In this document: positions 8,687 to 18,364 of the stretch, in pieces
Layout: every line of letters begins with the position of its first letter
Numbering within the stretch: position 1 is the first letter of the stretch
IMG/VR virus record: IMGVR_UViG_3300046507_000506
Coordinates: 1 to 64,000 of that record
Direction: 5' to 3' (one strand)
DNA length: 64,000 bases
Origin: a virus
The notes under the pieces: model-generated
Database searches by the model: none
What the model saw: only the letters and a program-made list of their open reading frames with translations
What the model was told of the DNA's origin: nothing
Program-made: the position numbers and the translations under genes

Positions 8687-10015
8687 TTAACTCAATGTGC
8701 CGAAGGCGAGCACCGGCATGACGCCCATCGCGCCGTTTGCCAGAGCAAGGCCGCCGTCGGGGCCAATATCATCAAAAACCGTGGAGAGTTGCAGTTCGAG
8801 CATCAGGCGCGCGGCCAGCACCGAACGGAATGCCTTGCCGACTTCAGCGAGTCCGCGCCCGTTGTCCGAGGAGACGGGCAGCGTCACGCGAATGCGCGAA
8901 GTCCTGAAGTGCATGATCGGCGTGGGCGGAATCGAGCCGTCCGTGAACGTCGCCACGCCGTTTTCATCGACGGTGTAATCCGCATAGGTGACCGGGTTGT
9001 CGCCAGTTGCGAGAAAGCTGTTCGCGACGGTGCCCGGCTCGTCCTGCGCGTAGCACGCGTAGAAGAAAAAGCCCGGCAGCGGGTTCACGCCGTTCGGGTA
9101 GATGCTCAGTTCGAGATGCGTGCGTGGCGCGGCAAGGGTCGCGGTGCTCGACACGCGCACCCACTGATCGAAGGCCGTATACATGCCACTGCCGCCCGAC
9201 TCGATGCCGTCCCATGTCGCGCTGACGCCAAAACGGCCCACCGATTGCCCCGACGGAACCAACACCCATAGCGAGGCTGTACGAGCCCCCGCGACGGCGT
9301 TAATACCCGGCTGGATCGTGAACATGTAGTGCGGATAGCCGGTCGCGGTGAACTTCGTGACGTCGCCGGTGACGTTATCCGGGCCGACCGTAGCCGGGAC
9401 ATTCTGGCTTGTCCAGAAGCCGCCGAGATTTTGCAGCCAGGGAGCCGTGCTCAGATTGCGGCTATGGCGCAAAATGTTCATCGTCGGCGTGCCGTCAGAG
9501 CCCGACGTGAGGCGGGTCTGCCCTTGCCAGCTAGTCCGGTACAGCGTGGGCGCAGCCGTGCCGTCATACGGGTCGTAGACAGCCGTGATGCCGTTGCCGA
9601 GGTCTAAGGTGCCAAGCGGCGTGACGTGCTCAGGGTAGGCGTTAGACGTCGCAAGCGGGTGATACAGCGGCTCGACTTTCCAGACGTTAGGCCACGTCGC
9701 CTGTAAGTACTGGCGCAGAAAGATCATGCCGCGCCGCTTGTTGCGCGAGAACGCCGCTTTCATCAGAAAGGCCGTGCGGGTGTCGTCGCGCCGGATGAGC
9801 GGCAGGCCGTTTGCCTTGAGCACGCGCTCCATGAGGTCGCTGCTGCCGAGGTGCGGCATGCCGTACAGGTTCAACTGGCGTTCGTTCGGGCGTACATACC
9901 CCTCGAACACGGCCATGAAAATGGCCTTGAGCCCGCTTTCGAGTTCGTCATATTCCGCGCTGCCCTGAAGCGGTTGCAGCGCGGGAGTATCGACTGGAAT
10001 CAGAGCCGTCGTCAT
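8687..10015 (-). CDS. Baseplate wedge protein (P1 gp16-like) with inserted carbohydrate-binding-like domain
   Basis: YGMPHLGS...RRGMIFLRQYLQATW N-terminus and TSRIRV...RSVLAARL C-terminus flank a ~220-aa beta-rich insert. Confidence 0.6.
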   Translation of the reverse strand: MTTALIPVDTPALQPLQGSAEYDELESGLKAIFMAVFEGYVRPNERQLNLYGMPHLGSSDLMERVLKANGLPLIRRDDTRTAFLMKAAFSRNKRRGMIFLRQYLQATWPNVWKVEPLYHPLATSNAYPEHVTPLGTLDLGNGITAVYDPYDGTAAPTLYRTSWQGQTRLTSGSDGTPTMNILRHSRNLSTAPWLQNLGGFWTSQNVPATVGPDNVTGDVTKFTATGYPHYMFTIQPGINAVAGARTASLWVLVPSGQSVGRFGVSATWDGIESGGSGMYTAFDQWVRVSSTATLAAPRTHLELSIYPNGVNPLPGFFFYACYAQDEPGTVANSFLATGDNPVTYADYTVDENGVATFTDGSIPPTPIMHFRTSRIRVTLPVSSDNGRGLAEVGKAFRSVLAARLMLELQLSTVFDDIGPDGGLALANGAMGVMPVLAFGTLS

Positions 10016-10018
10016 CGC

Positions 10019-11452
10019 TCAGTGACTCCACAGGCCATCGTTGTACGTCGCCTGCGTCACGTTAATCGTGAGCGATGCGGCGGACACGTATCGGCACTGT
10101 TCGGGAAGCAGGGTTGCGGTCTGATCGGGTACGGTGATCTGGAAATCGCTGCCATCGTCTTGCAAGGCCGAAATGGTCTTGAGGGCGTCACTCACTTTCT
10201 TGCTGCTGAGCCTGAGCATGCCCTGCTTGGTCGCGGCGGTGCCCTGCCCGTAGAGGGCGAGCACGGCCGCCTGAATCTGCGCGGTGACGTCGGCGGGATC
10301 GTGCACGACGGACACCTGCGCAGCGACGCCGAGCGGAACCTCGACATTGACCACTGCGCGGAATGACACGATGTAGGAATCGTCGGCCGCCGACACAACG
10401 TTCCTGATCTGCTGTTGCGCCCAGGTCGTGTCGGTGCCGTCGGTGAACTCGAACGCCACGAACAGCTTGTTCACGTTCACGAGGCTCGCGCCGCGCACCG
10501 CCTCCTCGACTTCCTCATTCCAGACGGAGAGGAACGCGATATTGGGCAGGTTGCGACGGATGAGCGCGTCGAAGTTGCCGAGATAGACGGCATTCGCATC
10601 GTACTGCGGCGGCACACTCGCCCACTGGCGCAACGTGTCGATATCGACCGGGTCCGCGCCGGGCTCGGTCACCGACTGAAGCAAAAACGTCGCTTGCCGG
10701 TCGTTCGCATCGACGGTCGTTTCCAGTGTGAAGGGAGCATTGACGCCGACGGCGAGCGCGCCGTATGTCTCCTCAATCACAAAATCAATCTGAGTGCCGT
10801 TCGTGGGTTGGATGCCGAACGTGCTATCCCACCCGAAGCGCACCCAAAGCTGGCGCAATTCGTCCGTTTCGATCACGTAGCCAGGCTGACCGGCCGCGAG
10901 GTTGGCGAATTCCGGCGTGTACGGATAGAGCGTGCCTGCAATCGTCACATACAGGCCGCTAATGATCTGCTCGGCGTCATCGTTGGGCGGAATCTGTACG
11001 GAATAGAACGGCACCGACTGCGAGACGGTATTCGTCAGCGCTCGCGTGGTGACCTGCTTGACGCTCACCGTACCGGTGCCGCCCGGTGGAATGGTTGCCG
11101 CCGACTCGGCGACATAAACGCGGCCATACGAGTCGAGCAGGCGGCGGCCGACCACAATGGCAAGCGCCACGGCGGCCGGGTTGTTGACTGCGAGCACCAC
11201 GCGCGGCGGCCGGGCAAAGGGCAGGATGCCCTTCATCGCCGCGTCCGCGAGCACGGTCGTATCGCGCGTCTTGTTGAACGCCTCGACGCTTTCCACGTCG
11301 ATCTGTGCCGACACCATCGCGAGCATGGTCGCCATTGCGCCGAGCGACATGGTAATGCGCGGGTCACCGGCTTGCAGGTATGTCGCTACCGTCGGGTTGT
11401 TCTGCGCCTCAGCGGTGACGGCCGCAAAAAGGTCATCGCGGGTCAAAGCCAT
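10019..11452 (-). CDS. Baseplate J-like protein (P1 BplA-like)
   Basis: TVLADAAMKGILP, VRFG, GADPVDIDTLR, AVYLGNFD motifs; 477 aa. Confidence 0.75.
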   Translation of the reverse strand: MALTRDDLFAAVTAEAQNNPTVATYLQAGDPRITMSLGAMATMLAMVSAQIDVESVEAFNKTRDTTVLADAAMKGILPFARPPRVVLAVNNPAAVALAIVVGRRLLDSYGRVYVAESAATIPPGGTGTVSVKQVTTRALTNTVSQSVPFYSVQIPPNDDAEQIISGLYVTIAGTLYPYTPEFANLAAGQPGYVIETDELRQLWVRFGWDSTFGIQPTNGTQIDFVIEETYGALAVGVNAPFTLETTVDANDRQATFLLQSVTEPGADPVDIDTLRQWASVPPQYDANAVYLGNFDALIRRNLPNIAFLSVWNEEVEEAVRGASLVNVNKLFVAFEFTDGTDTTWAQQQIRNVVSAADDSYIVSFRAVVNVEVPLGVAAQVSVVHDPADVTAQIQAAVLALYGQGTAATKQGMLRLSSKKVSDALKTISALQDDGSDFQITVPDQTATLLPEQCRYVSAASLTINVTQATYNDGLWSH

Positions 11453-11745
11453 CAGTTATTGCCCCCTACCTGTACGAATTCACCCGCGACCTCGATGAAC
11501 AGGTTGCGCTTGTCCGGCCCGTCATCGACGGAATACAGGTTGACGCTCCCGGCAGGCAGCGCGCCGAGCAGCGGCACGTCGGCGCGCAGTTTCGCAATGG
11601 TTGCGTCAGCAAGGCCGGATGCCATCGGCTTTTGCAGCATGTCCGTGACGATCTGACCGTAACCGCTTCCGAGATACCCATTCAGGGGCGTCGAAAGCCA
11701 GTGCGTCGTCATGTCAACGAGGTCGGAGGTGGGGATTTTTGCCAT
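11452..11745 (-). CDS. Baseplate gpW/gp25-like protein (P1 PmgA-like)
   Basis: HWLSTPLNGYLGSGYG motif; precedes BplA-like gene. Confidence 0.65.
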   Translation of the reverse strand: MAKIPTSDLVDMTTHWLSTPLNGYLGSGYGQIVTDMLQKPMASGLADATIAKLRADVPLLGALPAGSVNLYSVDDGPDKRNLFIEVAGEFVQVGGNN

Positions 11746-11751
11746 GCACAG

Positions 11752-11792
11752 ATGCTACGGGCAGACCTCGAAATATAGACGCGTCGTTTTCC
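11752..11792 (-). promoter_or_regulatory. Late promoter motif GGAAAA-N29-TAGCAT
   Basis: Fixed spacing; ATG 11745 is 7 nt downstream of -10. Confidence 0.7.
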
Positions 11793-11846
11793 TACCGCAT
11801 AAATATAGACATACCTATTGCAGTAGTTGCGTTTGCTCATTAATAT
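11775..11846 (+). promoter_or_regulatory. Early promoter TTGCAG-17-TAATAT with two imperfect ATAGAC-N2-GTCTAT operators
   Basis: Sites at 11775-11788 and 11805-11818; hexamers at 11818 and 11841. Confidence 0.55.
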
Positions 11847-11874
11847 GTCGATATTCCGTGACGGGAGACGTGAG

Positions 11875-12072
11875 GTGAAGCCGCGATATCTGTGCACTGC
11901 CTGCGGGTCAACACATAGGCGGCCCAATCTAGCCGTCGAGTGCTGCTCGGCGGGTGACGTGCTGACCTCTGAGGAGCTTGAGGCGATAGGGCAGAAGCGG
12001 CTGTTTGACGACGGCCTGCCGCCTGCGCATCCCGTTGCGGTCGAACCGGACGGGCAGCAGCGCCTGTTCTGA
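11875..12072 (+). CDS. Small Zn-finger protein with two QxxLF motifs
   Basis: YLCTACGSTH...ECC; QKRLF and terminal QQRLF. Confidence 0.6.
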   Translation: MKPRYLCTACGSTHRRPNLAVECCSAGDVLTSEELEAIGQKRLFDDGLPPAHPVAVEPDGQQRLF

Positions 12073-12145
12073 GCGGAACAATAATTGACGGACGGCCCTC
12101 GCGCAGCACTGGTGAGGAGTACATATCAGCTAACGGGGTAACAAC

Positions 12146-12460
12146 ATGGCAATCAAGCATTCGCCGTTGCCTTGGTCCGATGCACCGGCCCTCTGTAACG
12201 GGCGCGGGGCGATTGTGGACTGCGACGGAATACAGGTGATGACAGCCGAGCAGGTGCGCCCACGACCGCGCGGCGTGGACATGTTGCGCGATGGCAATCG
12301 CAAGCTGGTCGTGATGGCGACGAATCACCATCACCGGCTGTCGTTTCTGTTGCAGCGCATTCTGGACTATCTGCCGCAAGACCACGCTAACTGGTTGCCA
12401 GCCGAGGTTTATGAGGCGGCGCAAACCGAAATGCAATCACTCAGGGAGGAGTCAAGGTAA
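12146..12460 (+). CDS. Hypothetical protein
   Basis: KHSPLPW phage-type N-terminus; RBS. Confidence 0.65.
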   Translation: MAIKHSPLPWSDAPALCNGRGAIVDCDGIQVMTAEQVRPRPRGVDMLRDGNRKLVVMATNHHHRLSFLLQRILDYLPQDHANWLPAEVYEAAQTEMQSLREESR

Positions 12461-12630
12461 TGGCGGCGCGCAAGACTGATGCGGTAAAGGTGGCCGTCGC
12501 GCTGGTCGTGAAGGGCAAATGCCCGACGGCCTACGCGGCGGCCAAACAGGCGGGTGTATCGGCCTCCTCGATTCACCGCGACCCGATCTACAAGGCATGG
12601 AAAGCAGGCAAGGGGCAAAGCAAGCAATGA
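12460..12630 (+). CDS. 56-aa HTH protein (not in ORF track)
   Basis: MAARKTDAVKVAVALVVKGKCPTAYAAAKQAGVSASSIHR...; GGAGGAG RBS; overlaps both neighbours. Confidence 0.65.
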   Translation: MAARKTDAVKVAVALVVKGKCPTAYAAAKQAGVSASSIHRDPIYKAWKAGKGQSKQ

Positions 12631-13196
12631 GCACGCAGATAACGCCGTATCAGGTCGAACTGTTGCAGCACACGTTAGGGCTTGCGGGAAAGACGCGCGG
12701 CAATCACGCGCCGTACCGCAATCACTTCGTGGCGGGCGACGGTCACCACGACATGAAACACCTCGAAGCGCTGGAAAGCATGGGCCTGATGGAACGCCGC
12801 CGCTCGCCGGGCTTTCTCGTGGACGGTGACATTGTGTTCGCCGCAACCGATACCGGCACGGCTGCTGCGCTCGCGGCGCTGCCGGAACCCAAGCCGCGCA
12901 CGCGATACGAGGATTATCTCCACGCCGACGGCTGCGCGGGCGATTCGTTCGGCGAGTTCCTTTGCGGCGGCCGTCTGCCCAAGTTCGAGGAACGTAGCTC
13001 GTATTTGGGTCGATATCGCGAGGTCGAATACCGCATGTTCCGCGTCATTCACGTCGATGCGTATGACCTCTACGGCTGGCGCGACGTCGAAGGCGAATGG
13101 TGCAAGACAAGGAAAGAGGCAAAGGCCAGCTACAAGGCCGCGCTCAAACGCCGTCAGGAGACATACCGCGCAGCACTGCGGAGGCCCGCGCAATGA
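12627..13196 (+). CDS. Hypothetical phage protein (start MSTQITP)
   Basis: LLQHTLG...YRNHFVA motif; ATGA coupling. Confidence 0.7.
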   Translation: MSTQITPYQVELLQHTLGLAGKTRGNHAPYRNHFVAGDGHHDMKHLEALESMGLMERRRSPGFLVDGDIVFAATDTGTAAALAALPEPKPRTRYEDYLHADGCAGDSFGEFLCGGRLPKFEERSSYLGRYREVEYRMFRVIHVDAYDLYGWRDVEGEWCKTRKEAKASYKAALKRRQETYRAALRRPAQ

Positions 13197-13831
13197 GCTT
13201 CTACGGGGTTCAATTCGGCGAGGAGCAGGCTGAACTGCTCGCGTTCTCCCATGAGCCTAACCGCACGCCACGCCCCGACGTTATCGGTGAGGTGGTTATG
13301 GCCGAAATGTGGCAGGCGCACATGCGCCGTGAGGCGAACGACCCGCAGGACGATTGCGATGAGTACGCATTCCGCGCATTGATGAACGCTTTCCCGTTTG
13401 CGCTCACGCAGCGTCATGCGACAGTCGCGGCCTCGTTCGTGAAATGGCTTGGCACGAACTGCGGGCGGTGCTTCCTGAGCACGGCGGCGCGCATCAGCGC
13501 AAAGCTGGACGGCGCGATGGACGCCTACGCTGCCGCGTGGGCGATGGAGAACACGCGGCATATCGGCATCAACGGCGGCTATCGAACAATCGAGGCAGTT
13601 CTCGCCACCGATGCGAACTACGAAAACGGCAGGCTGACACACATGCCGGACGTGAGCGCGCACGACTGCGAGGTGATTGACCACGTCGTTACATGGCTCG
13701 GCATGCGTGATGGGCAGGCGTTCGTCGCCGCCTGCGAAAAGGAAATCACGGCACGGCTCGACGCGCAGCGCGAGGAACGCATGCGCAAATTCTATGCGCC
13801 AAAGCCGAAAAACCGGGATTTATATCGATGA
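13193..13831 (+). CDS. Hypothetical phage protein (start MSFYG)
   Basis: ATVAASFVKWLGTNCG motif; ATGA coupling. Confidence 0.65.
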   Translation: MSFYGVQFGEEQAELLAFSHEPNRTPRPDVIGEVVMAEMWQAHMRREANDPQDDCDEYAFRALMNAFPFALTQRHATVAASFVKWLGTNCGRCFLSTAARISAKLDGAMDAYAAAWAMENTRHIGINGGYRTIEAVLATDANYENGRLTHMPDVSAHDCEVIDHVVTWLGMRDGQAFVAACEKEITARLDAQREERMRKFYAPKPKNRDLYR

Positions 13832-14184
13832 GATTCGACCTGAAAAAGCCGTGTCACAACTGCCCGTTTCGCACCGACGTGCCGCCCTTTCTGCATACGG
13901 CGCGCGTCGAGGAGTTGTGCGAGGCGATCATCACCAAGGACAAGACGTTTCAGTGCCACAAGACGATCACGCGCGACGACGAAGGCCGCGCGCGCTCGAC
14001 CGACAAGGATCAGCACTGCGCGGGCGCACTCATCATGCTCGAAAAGATGGACCGGCCGAATCAGATGATGCGCATTGCCTACCGGCTCGGCATTTACGAC
14101 AAACGCAAGCTGCACATGCGCGCGCCAGTGTACGACCAGGCGACAGACATGATCGAGCGGCATCGCGAACACAACGAGGATTGA
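13828..14184 (+). CDS. Cys-rich protein (DUF6283-like)
   Basis: PCHNCPFR...FQCHKT...CAGAL. Confidence 0.65.
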   Translation: MRFDLKKPCHNCPFRTDVPPFLHTARVEELCEAIITKDKTFQCHKTITRDDEGRARSTDKDQHCAGALIMLEKMDRPNQMMRIAYRLGIYDKRKLHMRAPVYDQATDMIERHREHNED

Positions 14185-14286
14185 CCCGAATGAAAAGCAG
14201 CATGTTCCGGCTTGCGCATGCAGCCGTACTCGCCATCGTCTTTATCACGCTGTACGCGACGGCCCGATAAGAATTCACCACACCAC

Positions 14287-15027
14287 ATGAGCACAACAAT
14301 GATCGACCTGAAAATCAAACGCCTGCACCCGGACGCCGTTATCCCCCAATACGCAACCGCTGGCGCGGCATGCTTCGACCTGTGCGCCGTCGAGCCCGGC
14401 GACGCCTTCAAGCCGCATCCAGTCGATCAGCACGCGGCCATTTTCCGCACTGGCCTCGCGTTTGAAGTGCCGCCCGGCTTCGCCCTGATGATCTACAGCC
14501 GCAGCGGCCACGGCTTCAAAGAAGCGATGCGCCTTTCTAACTGCGTGGGGGTGATCGACTCGGACTATCGCGGCGAAGTCATGGTTTCGCTTCGCGCCGA
14601 CGGCGAAAGCTGCGCGAAGGTCCGCACCGGCGACCGGATCGCGCAGGCCATGCTCACGCTTGTGCCAGTCGCGCAACTGATCGAGGTCAATGAACTCAGC
14701 GAGACGGCGCGCGGCGAGGGCGGTTTCGGCTCGACCGGCACCGGCGCAATTCCGGCGCAGACGGCCGTGCTCGATATGGTTCAGTACGAGCGCGACGACG
14801 AGAGCATTCAATGCGCGCTGCTGCTTGTCGGCGAGGTCAAGGAAGTTCCGCTCGACGTGATCGCAACGTGGACGCTCGAACAGTGCATTCAGGCGCACGA
14901 CTGGGCGCTTGCCGTGCACATGAAGGCATCGGATAACGATGATGTAGTGGTGCCGCCGCGCCCGGCGTTTCTCGACGCCTACGAAATGACCGCCGACGAG
15001 CGCTACAGCGGCTTTCGGATCGTCTGA
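14287..15027 (+). CDS. dut: Trimeric dUTPase with extra C-terminal domain
   Basis: All five motifs: ACFDL, SRSG, GVIDSDYRGE, GDRIAQ, RGEGGFGSTG. Confidence 0.93.
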   Translation: MSTTMIDLKIKRLHPDAVIPQYATAGAACFDLCAVEPGDAFKPHPVDQHAAIFRTGLAFEVPPGFALMIYSRSGHGFKEAMRLSNCVGVIDSDYRGEVMVSLRADGESCAKVRTGDRIAQAMLTLVPVAQLIEVNELSETARGEGGFGSTGTGAIPAQTAVLDMVQYERDDESIQCALLLVGEVKEVPLDVIATWTLEQCIQAHDWALAVHMKASDNDDVVVPPRPAFLDAYEMTADERYSGFRIV

Positions 15028-15028
15028 C

Positions 15029-15475
15029 ATGAGCACACTTGAACTGACTGGAATAAGTGCGGAATCGGACGGTCTGCCCTTGCAAATGACTATCACGTCC
15101 GACCGGCTCAAGCAGGCCAGAAACAAGCGCTACCTGCGCTATCTGTGCCCTAGCTGTGAGAAAACGCACGAGTCCGAATTCAGCGCGCAGGAATGCTGCC
15201 CGCCAGAAGTAGAGGAAGTCTACGTGTGCCCCGAGTGCGAGGAAACACACGGCACGGCCGATGATGCGGAGAAGTGCGAGGCAGGGCACGGCAATGAGTT
15301 CGTGTCCGATCCTTTGTCGCTGGCAAAGTGCCCGGTTTGCATGGGGCAGCAGGACGACATTGAAGACGCGGTAGAGCACTGCCTTTGGAAGCGCATGGGT
15401 TGGGCCGAACGCGATCAACTCATCCGTGACGTCCGCTTGGGCCGCCACCGGCCGGAAAGCTACAGGAGCCATTGA
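15029..15475 (+). CDS. Multi-Zn-finger protein
   Basis: Repeated YxCPxCxxxH...C units. Confidence 0.65.
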   Translation: MSTLELTGISAESDGLPLQMTITSDRLKQARNKRYLRYLCPSCEKTHESEFSAQECCPPEVEEVYVCPECEETHGTADDAEKCEAGHGNEFVSDPLSLAKCPVCMGQQDDIEDAVEHCLWKRMGWAERDQLIRDVRLGRHRPESYRSH

Positions 15476-16065
15476 TGCCGGACAAAAAGAAAGCTAAGGG
15501 CGACAAGCCCCTGCTCGCGTACACCGTTCACGACGGCGAGGAAGGCTATACGGTCGTTTTCGAACGCAGCAGCGCAGCAGCGCGCCGCGATGGCGCGAAC
15601 GAACTCAACTGCGGATTTGAGGACATCGCGTATTGCAGGCGCGCCCCTGAGTTCGATCAGTACGCGCCCGGCCCAGTGCCGCCGCAAGCGCAAATCGAGA
15701 ATGGCAACTGGTGGTACGAGTGCATGGAGTGCACCGAGTACGTCAGCGACGAGACGCCGGAACCGGCCTATCTCGGACAGTTCGTGTTCTGCTCGAAAAC
15801 GTGTTGCGCGCTGTTCGAGCGTGACCGGCGCGACGCGGTCGATTTCGAGGACATGGCCTGCGAGCTATTGGCAGCCTGCTATCCGGGCGCGCGGCTTGAA
15901 CACGTCGAGCGGGTAAAGCACGATAGCCGCGTACCACTAAAACTCATGTTCACTTTTCCGGGCAGCCAGTATTCAGTGACGTGGACAACCGGCGAATCGA
16001 CCGCGCTGGTTCATCCCGACGATGTAGACGCTTTTGTTTCCCTTTACCGTAAGAACCAACAATGA
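15475..16065 (+). CDS. Hypothetical phage protein with Cys motifs
   Basis: CRRAPEFDQYAPGPVP, WWYECMEC, FCSKTC. Confidence 0.7.
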   Translation: MPDKKKAKGDKPLLAYTVHDGEEGYTVVFERSSAAARRDGANELNCGFEDIAYCRRAPEFDQYAPGPVPPQAQIENGNWWYECMECTEYVSDETPEPAYLGQFVFCSKTCCALFERDRRDAVDFEDMACELLAACYPGARLEHVERVKHDSRVPLKLMFTFPGSQYSVTWTTGESTALVHPDDVDAFVSLYRKNQQ

Positions 16066-16604
16066 AAATCAAATTCTGCGACACAAACCCGGTTGTGGCG
16101 AACGCGCTGCATGTCGTTTTCGCCGATGTGGCGGACGTTACCGTAATGAACGGCAACATTCTGACGCTCACCGGCGACGCTGTCGTGAGCCCGGCCAACA
16201 GCTACGGCAGAATGGACGGCGGCATCGACGCGGCCTATGTGCGCCAGTTCGGCATCGAGATTCAGCGGCGCGTGCAGGCCGCTATCGGCGCGTACTTTGA
16301 GGACGGCATGCCAGTCGGTGAGGCAGTCACGGTCAAGACGGGACATGCCAAGGTGCCGCTTCTGATTTCCGCGCCTACCATGCGCGTGCCTGGAGTCGTC
16401 AGCGGCACGGAAAACGCCTATCTGGCGATGCGCGCAGCGCTGAAGCAGGCGCGACAACATCGCGTGGAGACGCTTCTATGTCCGGGCCTGTGCACGCTCA
16501 CTGGCCGCATGGACCCGATGGAAGCCGCGACGCAGATGCGCCGCGCATATGCCGAGTTCCATATCAAACCGGACGGCGCATTGCTCGAACCCGCCGCGCT
16601 TTAA
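16062..16604 (+). CDS. Macro-domain (ADP-ribose processing) protein
   Basis: DAVVSPANSYGRMDGGIDAA, APTMRVP, PGLCT. Confidence 0.88.
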   Translation: MKIKFCDTNPVVANALHVVFADVADVTVMNGNILTLTGDAVVSPANSYGRMDGGIDAAYVRQFGIEIQRRVQAAIGAYFEDGMPVGEAVTVKTGHAKVPLLISAPTMRVPGVVSGTENAYLAMRAALKQARQHRVETLLCPGLCTLTGRMDPMEAATQMRRAYAEFHIKPDGALLEPAAL

Positions 16605-16617
16605 TTCGCCCCTACTC

Positions 16618-16660
16618 ATAGACATATCTATTGACAACCTCAATTGTGACAACATACGAT
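16618..16660 (+). promoter_or_regulatory. Promoter TTGACA-18-TACGAT carrying both operator types
   Basis: ATAGACATATCTAT at 16618-16631 and GTGACAACATAC at 16646-16657. Confidence 0.75.
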
Positions 16661-16689
16661 TGAGGCTCACACACAACGGGGCAGCGGAC

Positions 16690-16899
16690 ATGTTCAGCGT
16701 CAAACTAAAAACCAAAATCAGCGCATGGCTCAAGCGACTCATCAACCGGGCACCGCTGCAAGTGCAGAAGCCCGCTGAAAAAGTAGCAGAGCGGCCCTTG
16801 CTGCATCTGGGCTTCCGCCCCTGCTCGTGCGGCGAAAATCTCAGCGAAGGATGGGTGTGCAAATGCAATTACCACCTCATCGCGGATCGCGACAAATGA
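16690..16899 (+). CDS. Hypothetical protein
   Basis: First ORF after promoter; CSC/CKC motifs. Confidence 0.5.
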   Translation: MFSVKLKTKISAWLKRLINRAPLQVQKPAEKVAERPLLHLGFRPCSCGENLSEGWVCKCNYHLIADRDK

Positions 16900-17008
16900 G
16901 CCCGCATGACGCTGACGACGTACGCATGCTGCTCGACGCGTTCAGCATCGTGACGGGCGGCGTCACGGCTCTGATGGTCGCGGCGGCGTACCTCTATCCG
17001 GTGCTGCA

Positions 17009-17218
17009 ATGACTGGTGAGAGCGTCAATCACGCGTACATGGCCCGCGTCTTTCTCGCGCAGGCGCGCGCAAAGCGTCATCTACCGGCAGCGCATGCGCT
17101 GCTGATGGGATGGGCCGCAAACCGGCGTTTGCGCCACGCTCAGGCAATGAAAGACGCGGCACAGGCCGCCATCAAACCCACGCCCGCACAGGGCGATTTA
17201 TTCGAAGGATTGTTCTGA
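17009..17218 (+). CDS. Hypothetical protein with QGDLF motif
   Basis: ARVFLAQAR...WAANRR; C-terminal QGDLF. Confidence 0.65.
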   Translation: MTGESVNHAYMARVFLAQARAKRHLPAAHALLMGWAANRRLRHAQAMKDAAQAAIKPTPAQGDLFEGLF

Positions 17219-17538
17219 TGAACGCCCCGACTGACGAAAACATTGCTGCTCGTGCCGTCGCGCTGCTGCGAGAGACTGGCCCGAAGCGCATCAAACCGAT
17301 GGTGGCCGCGCTCAATACCTCATACGGCCGACTGATCGTGATTCTCATGCGCCTCGTGAAGGAGGGCCGCCTTGTGCGCCTGCCCGATGGCACCCGCGAT
17401 AACAACACGGTCTACAAGTTCGCCGTGCCCGACGATGACGGCGCGAGCTATCCGGCACAGCGCTTCAATGCAGCGCAGACGCTTGCAGCTTTTCAGGATG
17501 CCGCTCGCCGCTTTGCAATGGGCGCATCGCCCACCTAA
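17218..17538 (+). CDS. Winged-helix-like protein
   Basis: LMRLVKEGRLVR helix/wing pattern. Confidence 0.5.
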   Translation: MNAPTDENIAARAVALLRETGPKRIKPMVAALNTSYGRLIVILMRLVKEGRLVRLPDGTRDNNTVYKFAVPDDDGASYPAQRFNAAQTLAAFQDAARRFAMGASPT

Positions 17539-17555
17539 ACACAAAGGAGATTCAA

Positions 17556-18095
17556 ATGGGCTGGAAGCTGTTGAAAGAGACGTTCGGGATCAAGCACCAT
17601 GTGCAGGTATCGAGCGAGGGTGTGCACATTGGTTCCGGGTATGTTTCCGACCTCGCGACCATCAACCCTAAAACTGGGGCGATTCGTGAGAATCAGACGT
17701 TCAGCCGCTTTCTGAGCGCGAACTATCCGGGCCTGCTCAACGCTAAGCCGGAAACACTCGTCAATATCCTCAACACGCCGGACACGTTTTTGCAATCGAT
17801 CACCGTCTACACCTATGACGGAGGCGAAATCATCGAGAAGCAATGTGAGACGCCTGAATGGCCGAACGTCACACATGACGGCTGCATGATGTACGAAAAC
17901 ACCTTCTCAACCGACAAGGCTGAAGTCGTCAAATGGGCGAAGCGCAATGCGTCTCTTGCCGTCCACTATACCGGTGAGAGTATCGAGCGGGCCGAAAGCG
18001 AGCTTGCTTCGCTTCGCACCCGCCTCGCGGGTTTCGAGGCGGAAAAAAGCAAGCTGGATACGGAATATCCGACCATCGTAGCCGATCAGGAATGA
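17556..18095 (+). CDS. Hypothetical phage protein
   Basis: AAGGAG RBS; GSGYV...WPNVTHDGCMMYENTF. Confidence 0.75.
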   Translation: MGWKLLKETFGIKHHVQVSSEGVHIGSGYVSDLATINPKTGAIRENQTFSRFLSANYPGLLNAKPETLVNILNTPDTFLQSITVYTYDGGEIIEKQCETPEWPNVTHDGCMMYENTFSTDKAEVVKWAKRNASLAVHYTGESIERAESELASLRTRLAGFEAEKSKLDTEYPTIVADQE

Positions 18096-18364
18096 ACATC
18101 ATCCACGAGCACGACACCGGCAAGGGATTCAAAATCCGGCGCGGCGGCGTATATCGCGGCAGCACCGGCGAGGATCGCCATGTTCACCTGATTCACAAGC
18201 CCGGCAGCGGCTACAGCGTGACGTGGGATAGCGTGCCGCTTGCTGAATACTATCGGCTCGGCGGCGCGCGCTACAGCGAGCGCGGTGACCGGCCACACGG
18301 CTATATGACGATGAAAGCGTTCAAGGATTGGGCAGTACGAGACGTATCGGAGGGCGTGAAGTGA
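18092..18364 (+). CDS. Hypothetical protein
   Basis: ATGA coupling. Confidence 0.6.
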   Translation: MNIIHEHDTGKGFKIRRGGVYRGSTGEDRHVHLIHKPGSGYSVTWDSVPLAEYYRLGGARYSERGDRPHGYMTMKAFKDWAVRDVSEGVK

